64,000 nt of DNA, from contig NW_026867509.1 in NCBI RefSeq assembly GCF_020745735.1, positions 1,364,001 to 1,428,000 on the forward strand, in the 5' to 3' direction. The notes under the pieces are model-generated. The model was not told where the DNA came from, did no database searches, and worked only from the letters and a program-made list of their open reading frames with translations. A program made the translations under genes and the position numbers. Position 1 is the first letter of the stretch; each line of letters starts with the position of its first letter. This stretch comes from Hemiscyllium ocellatum. Its lineage: Eukaryota. This document shows, piece by piece, positions 50,746 through 64,000 of the stretch.

Positions 50746-52399
50746 GTGCTTTCAGGGCTGATGGTGGATTTGAACAGAGAGAACTGAAGCTAAGTTATTT
50801 TAGTGCAGAATTGATTGTGCATTTGAATGTAGGGAGGTGAAAGTGAAATGTTTCATCTGAGATTTGAGATGAGGAGTTACATCTGCTCCTGGCTCACGGC
50901 TGGCAGAATAACCAGATAGATCCAATCCACGTTTGGCTCTTTGTCCCACAATCCAAACGGTCTGAGCAAGGAGCGGGAAACGACATATGTTTGTTCTCTT
51001 TCCAGTGAACTGCGCATAATACAGTTTCTCCGAACTGTCCCAATTTATCTTATTATCCAATCGTACGTCACGAGTGGTTTTGCATAAATCAAGTGCCGAG
51101 GAACGACGACTGTCTGAGGTAGACAACATCACTAAGACATGAATGAAACCGGTTTCTCATCTTTTAACAGTCAATGTTTCAGATAGGTCAGTGATTTCGA
51201 ATATTTAAATTTGCGCTACTGATGATGCCAAAGATTATCACTTGCAAATGCTGCTCAATGACCTTGAAGAATATTAGTTTCAGGAGTGACTTGTTACAGA
51301 ATGACACACATAAAGTCCCAGTGCAAGTGATCAATTAGGCAAGATGGTATTTAACATGCCCCTTTGTTTGTGTTCACAGTTAGCAATTCGGATCTTAGAT
51401 GTGATGCAATGAAAAAAAGCTGAGAATTCCTGCTCTACACTCTGACTGTGCCTGTATGCCAAGCGCACAGTGATTCCACAGAGTCAGAGACACTAAACAC
51501 AGAGATATTTAAACGAATCAGTTTCTTGTGTTGGTTCAAATGAAATTCATTTCTCTGTGGAGTTTCAGAAGCAGAATAAATTAACCCATTTAACTGTCTC
51601 TGGGCTGCATTGAACGGTGTAGCATTGCGTTAGTGAGCGTTTGGAATTAAGGCATGCGAATTTACTGCCAGCATCGTGCAAGTACAATAGATTGGAGGTG
51701 CTGCATGATGTGGTCTTTCCAGAACCACAAGCAGTGTGCTACCATGCACTCAAACACAGACCGTGAGGAAATTAAATTAATCTCGGTTCAAACAGCGAAA
51801 TGTCGGCCAACATTTTACTTCATGTTCAAGTTACCTACTGCGCTCATCTGTACACACTGTACCTATTTGTGAGTGATAAAGTAGGAGCTACATCAGTGCC
51901 ACCTCCTGCAATATGACCCTGCAGATGAGTTGATGCTGCTGCCGTGCAGCTGCCTTCTGGAAAATTTGATTGTTTTGGACTTAGTAGCGAATATACGCCA
52001 GCAGAGGGTGACATTATGCCACAATCAAATAAGATGAATCAACCAGGAAAGAAATGTTGACCTTCTTAATTCATTGTCAGCACTCCACACAATTTGTCTC
52101 CACTGTTGCTGCCAAAACTTTCTGAAACGGTTTTAGACATATCCAAAGATGCTCCAGACGAGCATTTGCAGTTGTTTATACTTGTATGTATCTGAACACA
52201 GAGGCAGACAGAATAATAATGCAAACGAAATACACACATGGACAGATACTCAAAGGACACCAAAAACATGACTGGTACGAAAGGAGGAGACACCATACCA
52301 CCACACCCCAAACACACACACACAGAAACATGCATACCTTAAAATGCAAACAGGCAAACATAAAAGCTTGCACAACAGATATTCAGCCATAGACACATG

Positions 52400-53600
52400 G
52401 ATGTTGAACCATCATGTAGTAGAGTGAAAGAATTTTACATCAAAATAGTCTGAAATTTTGTCAGGATACTTTTTCTTTCCCGGTACGACCCTTCAAGACA
52501 ATGAATTCCAGATTCCCATAACCCTTTGTCTGATTAAATATTCGTCAAATCTCTTCTCAACCTTGTTCCCCTCATCTTTGCAGCAACCCCTGAGCTCTGC
52601 GGCGACTAAACACATTAAATTCTGTCCGTTCTATCTATGCCCATCAATTTTTATACATCTCAATTATTCCTCGCCTTCAGTCTGCTTTGCTCCAAGGAAA
52701 AGAACATCAGTCTTTCCATACGGTCTTCATAACTTTATCACTCCAGCTCAATTAACAAACTGAACATCTCGGCATCCGTTAGTGCGCTAAAATCGCTCTT
52801 ATAATGTAGATTGCAGTCCTGGACAAAATACCCAAGTTGCAGTCTATTTTTCACAGTTCCACCATGACTTCCCTGCAATGGACTTATGATTCAGCTCATA
52901 AAGATAAGCATCCTAGGTGTTTCTGCATCCTACCCTACTACTTTACAGGACTAGTGGACATGCGCTCAAAAGTTCCACTCGTCCTCAGAGCTTTGCAAAA
53001 TCGTTTATTTCAGCATTTTGTCCTTTACCCTGTTTGTCCAGCTACGTGGATTACCTCACACCAAAGCGGATCAATTTGAATTTGTACCTGACCAGCCGAC
53101 CTGACGTATCATTCGACCACCTCCTCTAATTTGAGATGAACCTCCTCACTATTTATCCATTCATAAATCTTCATATTATCCACAAACTTACTGGCTAACG
53201 CTCCTAACATTAAAAACGATTCTTGCAGAATTCCACTGAAAACAGGTTTCCAGGTGAAAATAGGACCCTTACCGTCTTCTTTTGGCTTTTCACCGTTTCC
53301 ACGATTCAAACAAACGAATTGCTTAAATTCCATGAACGGGTATCCTAGCGACCAGTGTACTCGTATTCTTGTCATCCACGTCTGATAAGGGAACTTATCA
53401 AATACCTTTCTGATGTGCAATTATTATGTGTCAAATGCATTGTCCTCATCTGCATTCCTCGTCACATATTTGAAAACTTCAAACAAGATCATCAGTCAGG
53501 TGTTACCCTAAATAACCATATGCTATCTGTTCCTAATCCCAACATCTCTACGTGCATGTAACTCTTTCAGTTCCTCATTCTGTCGCGTTCTCTCTGTATT
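52400..53600 (-). mobile_element. CR1-like LINE RT/3' fragments
   Basis: Minus strand KVFDK.P..., KFVDN.KI, LEY.V.FW-type motifs with many indels. Confidence 0.7.
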
Positions 53601-53939
53601 GGTGGAGTCTGCCTCACTTTGATTTGAGAGATCATAATTTAACAAAACTCAGCTACAGGCGCCTTTAACCTCAATTTCCATCGCCTTCTAACGTATTTCA
53701 AGGTGCTGAAAAGAATGTGCAGAGTGAAACAGTTAAACCGGGGCAAATAATTTCCAATAATCTGATATCTCTCAAACTCTATTTTATGTATATTTAAAGC
53801 AGGAGAATTTTTAAAATTGCTTTCAACCATTGCTTCTTTTCATCAGATTTATGCATCAGGCGTGTATGGGAACAGACCACAATGGACCACTCTGACAGGA
53901 AACGAAAAACATGACAGGATTTCCTAACCCCTCATTATT

Positions 53940-54809
53940 CAGAAGGATCTGCAAGGGTGACGAACGGGTATACTGTACTCTTTCACCTGCTACCGAAATA
54001 AATTCTTTTTGTTGCCAAAACTAATTAACTCGAGTTTGTTGGTTGTCTCCTCAAAGGTATATCGTGGGTCAGTGAAACCCAGTCCATCGAAGTAACCCAC
54101 AGCTTTGCATCGCACGTAGATAAAACGTCTGACAAGAGGGGACCTTAGGAGGAGAAAGCTTAGAGCGATGGCAAACAGGAGTGCTATGGTCCTTTGCCGT
54201 TGGCCATCTCTGTGTCTTGTCGCTTCTCAGCGCCCCAGAGCCTTCTGCGAGCTCTCTTGATGCTATGGTGTGTCTTATGGTCAGGACGTTGAGCAAAAGA
54301 ATGAGCAAGAACTGGAGAAAGGGCGTAAATATATGAAAGAGCCAATCATAGATTTGCCAATCTGGCCAGGTATAGAAGTTGGCATTGACACTGAAGACCT
54401 AGGGTACATCGTCCAAAATGAACAATGGATGTAATGCAAAACGAAAAGGGACGTTTTTGATTCAACTCAGGACACAGATCATTCCAAAGACCAGTGATGC
54501 AGGTTTCTCAGTGCAGTATCTGATCTTCAGATTCTGACAGCAAATTGCAGCAAAAGAGTTGATGGTTAAGGCGACTGTCAGCCAGACTGAGCAATTGCAG
54601 GTGCCATAGACCAGGACGATGCTGAGAGTGCACACAGGAATGTTGGACATAACACTTTGCCAAAGTAGATGTGGCTGATTTAGTTGAGGATGACCGCGGT
54701 TGTGATGACAAGAAAATCGGACACTGCAAGCATTCCCCAGGTAATAGCGTGATGCTTCATGAGACACCGCAGTGTCCTCACAATACGATTATGATCGCCA
54801 GCAAGTTAG
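53940..54809 (-). pseudogene. GPR139-like GPCR pseudogene (main exon)
   Basis: Acceptor cag mutated to caa; NLLAIIIVL-stop, PVCTLSIVLVYGTCNCSVWLTVALTINSFAAICCQNLKIRYCTEKPASL, LILLLNVLTIRHTIA; colinear with 27346-28247. Confidence 0.88.
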
Positions 54810-57800
54810 TTGTGAGAGATCAAGAGATAGACATTGCTGAGCACAATACAAACACTGCCTTCTGACTTACACAATCTTTTACAAAACAATCTTTAACTAT
54901 CACCTTGCATCTTTCAAACTTTTCCTGTTCCAAAATCATTGACAAATGTTTGGCAACCATACAGCATCAAATATCTGTCAATTGAAATGATGAAGTACCA
55001 ACATTCTGAAATTTTGTCTTTTCAAGTATAACCTTTTGACGTCTCTCACTTCTGACTTTCTACTGCGAAGTCTAAAACCACACATCTACTTCATCTGACA
55101 ATGCAATCAATCTCGGTAAAAAAGGCATCAGTCTCCAATCACTGAGTTAATGTCAGTGACTACTTGTCCAATGCAGGACAACTGGATTAAGATGGCTGCC
55201 TGAGTGTACACGTACCAAACAGCAGACATCCTTGCACCCATAACCGTTAACCAACGTTGGCTCCTTGACAATGCCTCACGCTTTACAATCTCATCCTTCA
55301 AATTTTCAGAAGATCCAGCATCTCGCCACATTCGTTCCTATGACATAACACAATTGTTAACTTTGATCCTATCTCCTCTGTATTCGTCAAATTAATGCAT
55401 CTAACAATGTCAGTTATTGATTTAATGATTAAAACCGAAATCACTGAAATTTTCACCTGAACAGCTCTGCTTCTCTGCCATTCAGTCAGACGTTCGTTTG
55501 ATCAAATCATTTGATACCATCTCATATAATTCAAAACTAAATTGGATTGCTAAATTGTACCGGTGTTTCCTTTATGCAGCGAGGTGGTCCGAGACAACGT
55601 TCAACTGCATGTTTTGATAACAGTGAAAAAAAGATTTTCTGACAAATTATTATGCAATACAATCATCCAAAATCTGCGAAAATTCACGGCAGAGCATCAA
55701 ACTAACAACAGCTTCAAAGTTTTGCATGACGACTGATGTCTTTTCGCCTAAACTTTAATTAATTCCAAAACCTGATTAACAATGGTGCCGTCCACTGTGA
55801 ACTCTACACCGCATTACATCGTTCTACGATTTCAATGTAAATTCGTTTAATCACTGAATGTAGGTTTGCATGAAAAAAATTGCTGAATGAATTATGACAA
55901 GATAATTCATATACAGACACTGCTCTGAGACGCGTGCAGAAAGGCATTTTACGACAACATCATAAACAATCTATCCTACAATGGTCGAAAACGCTAGATT
56001 GCATTTTATTGAATTACAATGGATCCTAATCTGTAACAATATTCTCGTTTAATGTGCGTGCATTGTCATTCACCATAAGTCAGTGTCTCCTGGACTATTT
56101 GTCTATAATTACACTGCATGCAAAAGTGCTCTTCGTTGTAATGAAAAAGAAAGTAATGCACGATGATCTTCCATAGTGCAGGTATTATTTTATAATGTAT
56201 TACAAACACTGAAGACCTGTTGAAGACCCTTAATATCAAAGTCTTGCATGTTAGAATAATTCTGACAAGTCTGGGAAGGAAAATGTATAAACTTCTGGAA
56301 AAAACTATGATTAGCTGCACGATTTTATCGAACATCAATGACTTAACAGGGGTATGCATAGCAACGAGATTTGAATACCAAATGACAAAGAAGGGAGAAA
56401 TGACTGGCTCCTGCATCGTTGTTTAGAAACTGCAGGAGTTGTTGTCCTTGTGCAAGTTTCCTCTGCTCCACATTCAAATTTTCCCTCATTTATTTGGAGT
56501 AGTAGTCTTAGACAATTAACTTACAGCATGCAAATAACTTAAATTTCGTTTAACGAAGAGATTACCTCACGGTTTCATGCCTGCCAACAAGGTGAATGAA
56601 TGTATTTACTTTTGTGGTCAGGTTCGCTGTAATTTCTTTGCTTAGTCAAACTTCACAAACTTAGCAATGAGTTTTTCCCAAGCGAATCGACGCTGCTAAT
56701 AGACACTGAGCTAAGTCAATGGAACAATACTTCCTTTTGGTTTCTCGTTTCCGTTATTTTCCAGTTTAGTCTTTAATTTAAGCATCAACGTACTTCATAT
56801 GTTGTGTTCTTTTATACGTGTTCTAGTGCCTAATACTTTAACAATGCTCAAACATTTCCATAAACGTACAGTTGAAATTTTGGAATAAACTGCTAACACA
56901 CATAATAGATTAAGGTGGAACCATCAAATGCAAATTTTGGAAACGTTGAATCTGAAAAGAATATTGATTTGATCAGATAAATCAAAAGTGCAAGAAGGGT
57001 GTACACATGCTGAAGATTGTGTAGAGAGCTTCTGGTACAGGAAAAGATGACTCATGTCATTATTTAATACAACGAGAGAAACATCAGTTCAATGAGTGAT
57101 GGGAACACTGATTAAAAATAGAGTGCCACATTAATTGGCAACAGAGGCTTATTACTTTATTGGAGAAACCTTCATATTGTCTCGCAGTAGCAAATCAAAT
57201 AAAACCGTTTGCAGTACTCACAGGGCCACACGTAGTAATTGAAGTATATACCATTTCAGCAACAATCATAATACCTCAAGATGCCAAATGATCCAATGCA
57301 TGTTCGAAACCAGTAAATAGTATGTGAATCTATAGTGCTGATGACACAATCTGGAGAAATGGCAAATACGATATGGCTAAGTAATATAGAAGCAGAGGCA
57401 TATTGTTGCTTATATTAAACAGAGATCATGTGCAATGTAATATCAGAAAAAAGGCACAAGATATGAAGTGAAGCTAAGCTTAAACAATAACATAGCTATC
57501 ATAATGCTAGCTGACACAACGTCCAGTTTCATGGAAATAAATAGATGCACACTTCTAACAATTACGGTGGAAAGGCAGAAAATATGATGTAAACAGAAAC
57601 AGGAGTTGATTCGGTCATCATGCAATTGCTGAAGTATCTGTAGGATCTTGTGCATTTAACAATTGTTTCCTCAGCATGTTCATCAGGGAGGCACGGGCCT
57701 GACAAATTACAGTCAAAACCTGGTGAAACTGTGAGAGGACCAGTGTGTATTTATATGCATAATAAGCTGGATAATGTACAATAACAGTGTGGACCCTTTG

Positions 57801-59441
57801 TCGTTCTGACATGACATAAACAGCTCCAGTAAGAAAATATAATGATGAAAGAGATAGAGCTAGTGAAGTAATGTTTAGTATCTGCAAAAATGCAAATGCA
57901 GCCATGGACGTAACAATATATTATGTCGACAAGCATTAGTAAAATAATAATGTGGACTGGTAATTCACGAACTATGGCGGACTCATATTTATAATACAAA
58001 TACTTTGCGTTTGTTCTATAGGAAGCAAAATATGTTCATAGTGTGTAAGAAGCTCACTCATGTTCCAACGTTCTGTGTTTTTGCAGTATGTTGTGAAGAT
58101 GGTACACATTGCTGTTCCTGAATGCCTGTTTCGCAGCGAGTGAACTTTTGTGGAGGCAGTGCTCATCAAGGTGGCTGCTTTTTACTGCATGCCGTCAAGT
58201 TTCTCTAATCTTAATGAGATCAGCCACCATCACACGAAATGGCACAGGAGGCTCGAGATTGGAATGGCCTTCTGTGTTTCTAATTTTTATGTTCATGCAT
58301 CAACGACCAGCACGTATTCTGCATCAGAAAAAAAGGGACAATAGGAGATTGAACAGGTTGGATCAGCTTCTTTGGAAAAAAATGGAACCTAGAAGTGACT
58401 GAATAGGAATGTTTCAAAGAATGCATTTGTTAAGTGAAATGAATTTGAAAGAAAAGTTCTTACGTGTTACTCTATGACAAATAGATATCAATTAAAGTTC
58501 ACTGAAAAAAAAATACAGAGGTGATACTGTGGCAAACGCATCTTTCCAAAGACACATTACAATAGAACAGAGCCATTAATACACGTAGTAGATGGAACAG
58601 GACAACAGCAGAATGGAGAAAGGAATTGACGGTTACATGGTTCCAACTGTTAATATATCATGTTGTGTAACGGGGAGAGAGGTTCATGACACATATTTGC
58701 ACTGGACTTGCAAATTTCGTCAAATATCCTGCGTCTGTTTTGAAGCCTGTATATAGTCCGAAATTCAGAGAAAGTTAGGCTGGGAAAATATTGGAGAGAA
58801 TCAAGCAATTAATTGGAGGGCCTGGAGACGATCATATCCGTTAAAGTGGACATCCCACTCAGTAAAATTGAAACCACAGCTGAACCTACACAAAATAAAA
58901 TAAACAGACTACACTAAGACTTTAGAACGAACTCTCAGCATGGCGTAAATGACATGCAGAAGAAAGTAGCTGTTGAAATGAAATGAAACTGACTGAAAAA
59001 TTTCAAAATAATTTCAAATCGATAAAGTCGAGCCTCTTTTTAGCCGATAATACACAAAAGAAATAATAGGTAGTGCATTTGCTAAAATGCTGACCTATTA
59101 AAATCATTGATCTCTGACAGTCGATGTTCAATTGAAATGAATGTTCACTTTTGGTTCTTTCTTTTTGTGAGCGGTGATGGAAACCAGCTTGATCTCAGAA
59201 ACATTTTTTTTGCAAGTTACGTGACGCTTATGTCCGAATTTTGATTTGAGTTCACGTTTCTACAGAAAAAAATGCAAAAGTAAGATTAACATCAGAAAAT
59301 CAGCACAGAGGAATGTTATTTCATATGCATGCCAACCCCCACACCATGAAGCTGGAAACTTATTCGTCCTGAAACTCTTGCTCTCTCCCAGTTTTCCAAC
59401 ACACATTTACTGATGCAATAAACAATCCATTTGAGTGCTCG

Positions 59442-60087
59442 CGTCTTATGGACTAGACCAGACCACTTAAAATATTCTATAGCAGGCAGCCCATACGATA
59501 ACTTTGAAATTTGTTTCGGTAAATGTACAGTGAAAATTACCCAGATTAAGTTAGCTAGGTGGACTAAAAAACTTTAAAACAGACAAAAATGTGTTCACAA
59601 AATTGTACAATGAAACAAAAAGGACATAATAATGAAAATCGTACGGAATTCAGTCGATCCAAAGTAGACGTAATTTTGCGGTTCCAAATATGCACAAACG
59701 TCTCAATAAGTTAAATGCATTTAAATACCAATATACATGGAACACATGCTTGCAGGTTGACGTTGAAGGGCAGAAAGAGAGAAAGAGAGTTTCCACCCAG
59801 TTCACTTGAAATCCTCACCAGTCCAAGACTGAATTAAACTGCTCAGCTAGGGAGCTGACACCACTATCCTTTCATTATACCAGCCATTTGTAAAACAGGA
59901 CTATGTTGGCCTGAAGACTCATCTGTTTACATATAAACAAAAGGCCTATCAAAATATTTTTCATCTCTGTACCAAACCAGACTGATCTGAGCCCGGCCTG
60001 GTTTATTCTCCCTCTGAAAAACAAATCAAGGATCGAGTATCCTTGAGAGAAGGAGCAGATTTTCGGAAAAAAGCTAGCTTTGTGACA
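59442..60087. mobile_element. Putative solo-LTR-like interspersed repeat
   Basis: Discrete ~650-bp block ending tgtgaca, resembling an abundant shark repeat as I recall it (not searched); 5' TG and TSD not clear. Confidence 0.45.
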
Positions 60088-60376
60088 CGGTTATTGACAA
60101 ATCTGCTCATGCTATTCACCTCTTGTGTAAAATGTAACAAACCATGTCATTATTTATTAACTTTCTGTAAACAGTTTGTAAAGATGGAACAAGATTTGTC
60201 AGACGCTGCTTGACTGAAAGCTGGATTCCTTCCAATGAATGGGATGCTTCCTCTATGAACAATGCATTGCTGAACAATATGTAGTGTTAACCTAGCAGAT
60301 TCTGACTTCAAACAATCCTGCACAGCGCCACCCCAAACCCGGGATCGGAGTCCAGCTCCTCAGATTGCTGCCAATA

Positions 60377-60654
60377 TGATTTTGGACTGCTCTCTTTGTG
60401 CTCCATGATACTGTGTCTGCAATCCCACCATTATTCAATTCTTGTACTCGTCTCTACGTGTTTTGTGTCACAGTGTCTAGAAACTCGACTATTATAAGCC
60501 ATTTTCAAGCTTTCCCCGTGCTCTATATCTTTGTGTCTGTAATCACACCATGTTCAGGTAGTTTAGAGCTCTTTCCGTACTCAGTGACACTGTGTCTATC
60601 ATTCCCAGCATGTTTCGGTGGTGTGTACCTCTCTTCTGAAGCTGTGTCGTTGTG
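60377..60654 (-). repeat. Degenerate ~60-bp RSS-unit array (third copy, inverted)
   Basis: Minus-strand heptamers cacagtg (60594-60588), cacaaag (60535-60529), cactgtg (60475-60469), cacagta (60415-60409); period 59-60; nonamers aaactacct, aaaatggct, acaagaatt, ccaaaatca at 23-nt spacing. Confidence 0.85.
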
Positions 60655-60947
60655 TATGGTCTGAGTGCGGATTCAATGCACAGTTATACACAGTGGAGTC
60701 ATTCGGCTGTATTTGCGAGACCAGTAAGAAACTGATGTCCGACAAAGGATCAATAGAAACAGAAATTCGCCCGCCACTAGCATTTTATTTATTGTGCTCT
60801 CCGGACGTGTACCTTTGAAGTAGGTATTTCAGCGCTGTCATGGGAACAGACAGAACCGGTAATGTCCTGACGGAGCCCTGAATATTCACGGTATAAAGTA
60901 ATGATGTCACCAGGGATTTGTAGGGGTGGATTCTGGACGCCAGGTAA
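60655..60947 (-). pseudogene. Leaderless supporting V-delta pseudogene (third copy, inverted)
   Basis: ttacag acceptor; VQNPPLQIPGDIITLYREYSGLRQ.., LKYLLQRYTSGEHNK-stop, GGRISVSID..LVSQIQPNDSTVYNCALN; homologous to 11454-11763. Confidence 0.85.
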
Positions 60948-61389
60948 CTGTAATTTGTGGGATAACATTCAAGCTCATTACTTATTCAACCTGTGTTGCA
61001 GAGAAATTGCAACTTATCATAATGATGCTGTACAGTTCATTGATATTTCACTGGGCTCCATTCTGTTTAGCTGAAACATAAACTAATGAGGCGATGAATT
61101 TCCATTTGATTTTACATATTTTCTTCTTGTTATGTGCAATTCAATGTTAAAATTGACGGTGGAAGTTGATTCAACAGTAACTTTCAAATAAGTAATCGAC
61201 AACAGCTGATTCTGGCAGAAAATCTATGGCAATGGGGATAAGGCAAGTATAGGAGGTACAATTTCAAAGAACTCTTAAGGAGAAAGTATCCACGCAAGTA
61301 GCAGAATGTTATCGTCAGCGATTTCGTGATGCATGTAACATTTCTGCATCTATTCATTCTATTGACAGGCAAATTCAAAGGACCATTTT

Positions 61390-61690
61390 GTCGTCAAATT
61401 GAAAGCTCGAGAGCATGGGTTTAAGATAAAAGAGAAAGATTGAAAAAGAGCATAAGGGACAATTCTTTTATGCAGAAGGTGATAAGTAGTTCGAATGAAA
61501 AGCCAAGCAATTCTTAGTTGTGGATACAGTGAGAACATTTAAAAGGAATTTGAGTACGCACTTGAGCAGAAAATATCAAATCGATATAGGTCAAACGCAG
61601 GCAAATGGAACTACTTTACTTTGGAAAACTGGGTCAGCAAGGACCATTTGTTCGAAAGAGTCTATTTCGTTGCTGTATAACTCTATGATA
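61390..61690 (+). mobile_element. CR1-like LINE 3' end
   Basis: agagcatgggtttaagataaaaga..aattctttta.gcagaaggtgataag..catttaaaagg tail pattern. Confidence 0.65.
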
Positions 61691-64000
61691 CTAATAAAAG
61701 TCCAAAATTAACTGCCTATAAGGAACCAAACTATTTTGTGCCACTATGAACTGCAGAATCTAAAATTAAAGATCTGTTTCATCAGCATTGATTTGGTCAA
61801 CCACTTTCTGCAGTTTAACTCTGTCCATGACTTTCTACGCAATTTTTGATGTGATTCTTTCCGCCCAGTCAAGTCACTTTCTTCTCTAACATTTAACTCT
61901 AAATCAAATTGTTACTTTAGTATCATTTGGTATTTGATTTTCCTTATTCTTCACTTGCAAGAGTGGCAACCTTTACTATTCTTTATCAGTAGTCGTTTGG
62001 GGGTCAGTCTGTACTTTTTCTGAGCTGGCTTTACCGTTACACCCTTGGAACTCACCTGCAGCTCTACCTCAATTTCAATTCTTTACATTGATTTATTGTC
62101 TTCCGGATATTCTGAATGGGTATCTCTTTAATTTTATAGGAAATATGAAGATATGGTTTAAGTCTTTCGGACAAACTAATTTGTGCCTGTGCATATAGCC
62201 GAACATTCACACCAGCTCGAAATCTAATTGAGATTGTCCACGTTACAGATGTGGAGATTTATTCCCTTCTCCTCGCTGCATTTCCAAACCTTCCATAAAT
62301 GACTCAATGCAATGCGATCTAACCGCACTGTTTCACAGTAGGTTCTATATTCTGCATTTTTCATTGTTTTATTTGTTTTTGTTAGCGATCTATTGTTTGC
62401 GTTCAGTCTGATTTAACCCATTCACTACGTCATGACACAAAGGATTTCTATGAAGTCTCTGAGTGCTTCGCTTTTACTTGTACAAAAGAGACCCAACGAA
62501 AGGAGTCAATGTTTGGAATTCCATTGCTCTTCTGAGTTAAAGAACGCCACTAATTCAAGAAAATGGCATGACCGAACGACTTTCTGATCTTCATAGTCCA
62601 AATTTCCCACCATTTAATCGCAAATTGTGAACACTCAAGAGACCTTTCTGTAGCAACAAATTCCATTGAATGTCTAACCATTAATAATTATTTCTGTTCA
62701 AATTAGATCACTTTTCATTATTCTAACCGCTAAGCAATGATTTTTCAACTTCACAATTACTTCACAAATGTAATTTCAAGACAATGTTAAGGGCGGCAGC
62801 TTCCTTCCAGAGAGGATATTTGTGAATCTGTGGAATTTTACCATCTTAACTATACAGCCACTTCTACGTTTACGTTAAATTCAACTTCTAACGTATCACA
62901 AAATGTTACTTAGGTCTTTGAAGTCAGAGTTCAGCGATTTTATTACAAAGTTATCACCTTGGTGACCAAGACGTCTGTCTGGGCCTCTTTCAAAATGCAT
63001 GGTTAATTTATCGCTTACTCTCTCGGCCTCAACCCTGTCTTCAGAATATATCCCACTTTTTCCTAAACGTAACCAAATCTGAAGAACAGTTACTGGATCA
63101 AATCGTCAACCACGCTCTCCTTGAAGTGATGTTGACTGATGCGTTGATAGTTTCAACCCATTTTTGTTCACCTTTTAATATTTTCTCAGTTGTGATGACA
63201 TCCCATCTCAAACATACTATTAACTTTGTCTCTGTACATACAGGGGCTCTGGTCTGTTTTATAAGTAATCCTTCAAAACTATTAGATGTCCCGCATCTTC
63301 AGTGGGTTACGCTTGTCTTGTGGACAATGAAAACGCATTCATCGTTAACGTGAAAAATGTTGAAGTCTTTATCAACTGTTCGTTGTGCAGATTAGAAATT
63401 ATATTGGACTCTCCTTACATCCTGTTCTTGTATATTGAATTCAGTCAGATTTGTCTGCTGCTAAGAAGGAGATTCGTGTTTGACAGCAGTCTGGCAAAAA
63501 GATGGCCAAGCTGATTGTGTCTCTTCCCAAGTACCTCCAGATTACAATCTTTCAAAACATCTTAGTAGATTTGATAATCAATACTATAATTAATACTCAA
63601 GGCATTTTTCTGGGTGCCTTTAAAAGGTTTTCAGTTTTCCTTTCTGATTCTGTTCTATCATATTCCATTGCAGGACAAGGAAAAAGCATCGGAAGTTCTA
63701 TAAGGTCATCACATGAGTAGTTTGGCATGTCACAACTCAGTAACGAATGTTAGCTCATTTAGCAGTAGGTGTGTGAAGTGCTTCATTTTCTTGGATCTGG
63801 CTATGAAGAAAATCAAATGGAAAGCATCTCCTCATTTTGCATGTCAGGCACTTGGTTTTCAGTTTGTGGTAAGACATTGTGTACTGCATGCGAGGTTGAG
63901 ACTCCATTCGGAGACACTGTGCAGGATGTGGGAACAGGCAGCCTGTATTGGATGCTGGAGTGAACTGTTAGGAACATGTTTTCGCGTATCATAATTTGCT

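Noticed and set aside
51408-51900. Leader-like MKKS*EFLLYTLTVP plus RIYC...TYL* spacing resembling a V domain
   Set aside because: No W/F-Y-x-Q motif, poor acceptor and no RSS; too decayed to call without an HMM.
62950-62990. Minus-strand GGCCCAGAC...GTCACCAAG|gtgat as a possible NAR J for the third cassette
   Set aside because: Frame broken, no upstream heptamer/nonamer.

Overview
Genomic DNA from a cartilaginous fish, most likely a shark. This is inferred from the NAR-TCR-type segments and the shark-type tRNA-derived SINE, CR1 and Penelope repeats. The window is a V-segment region of a T-cell receptor alpha/delta locus. It holds one apparently intact NAR-TCR-type cassette: leader + NAR-like V with 23-RSS at 7266-7781, D with 12/12-RSS at 8136-8152, and 23-RSS J at 8540-8591. 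That cassette is followed by a leaderless 'supporting' V-delta exon (11454-11763). There is a decayed second cassette (about 35.1-39.0 kb), a third inverted supporting-V remnant (60.4-60.9 kb) and about five conventional TCR V pseudogenes. An intact two-exon GPR139-like class A GPCR gene (29745-27346, minus strand, 323 aa) and two GPCR pseudogenes are interleaved with the V segments. The most unusual signal is a tandem array of about five 60-bp units behind all three supporting-V copies, each unit laid out as a 23-RSS (heptamer, spacer, nonamer). In the best-preserved copy several units are near-consensus, and the V frame stays open up to the second RSS. The rest is CR1-like LINE, Penelope-like, SINE and LTR-like debris, simple repeats and two assembly gaps. 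All calls are by manual reading; no database searches were run.
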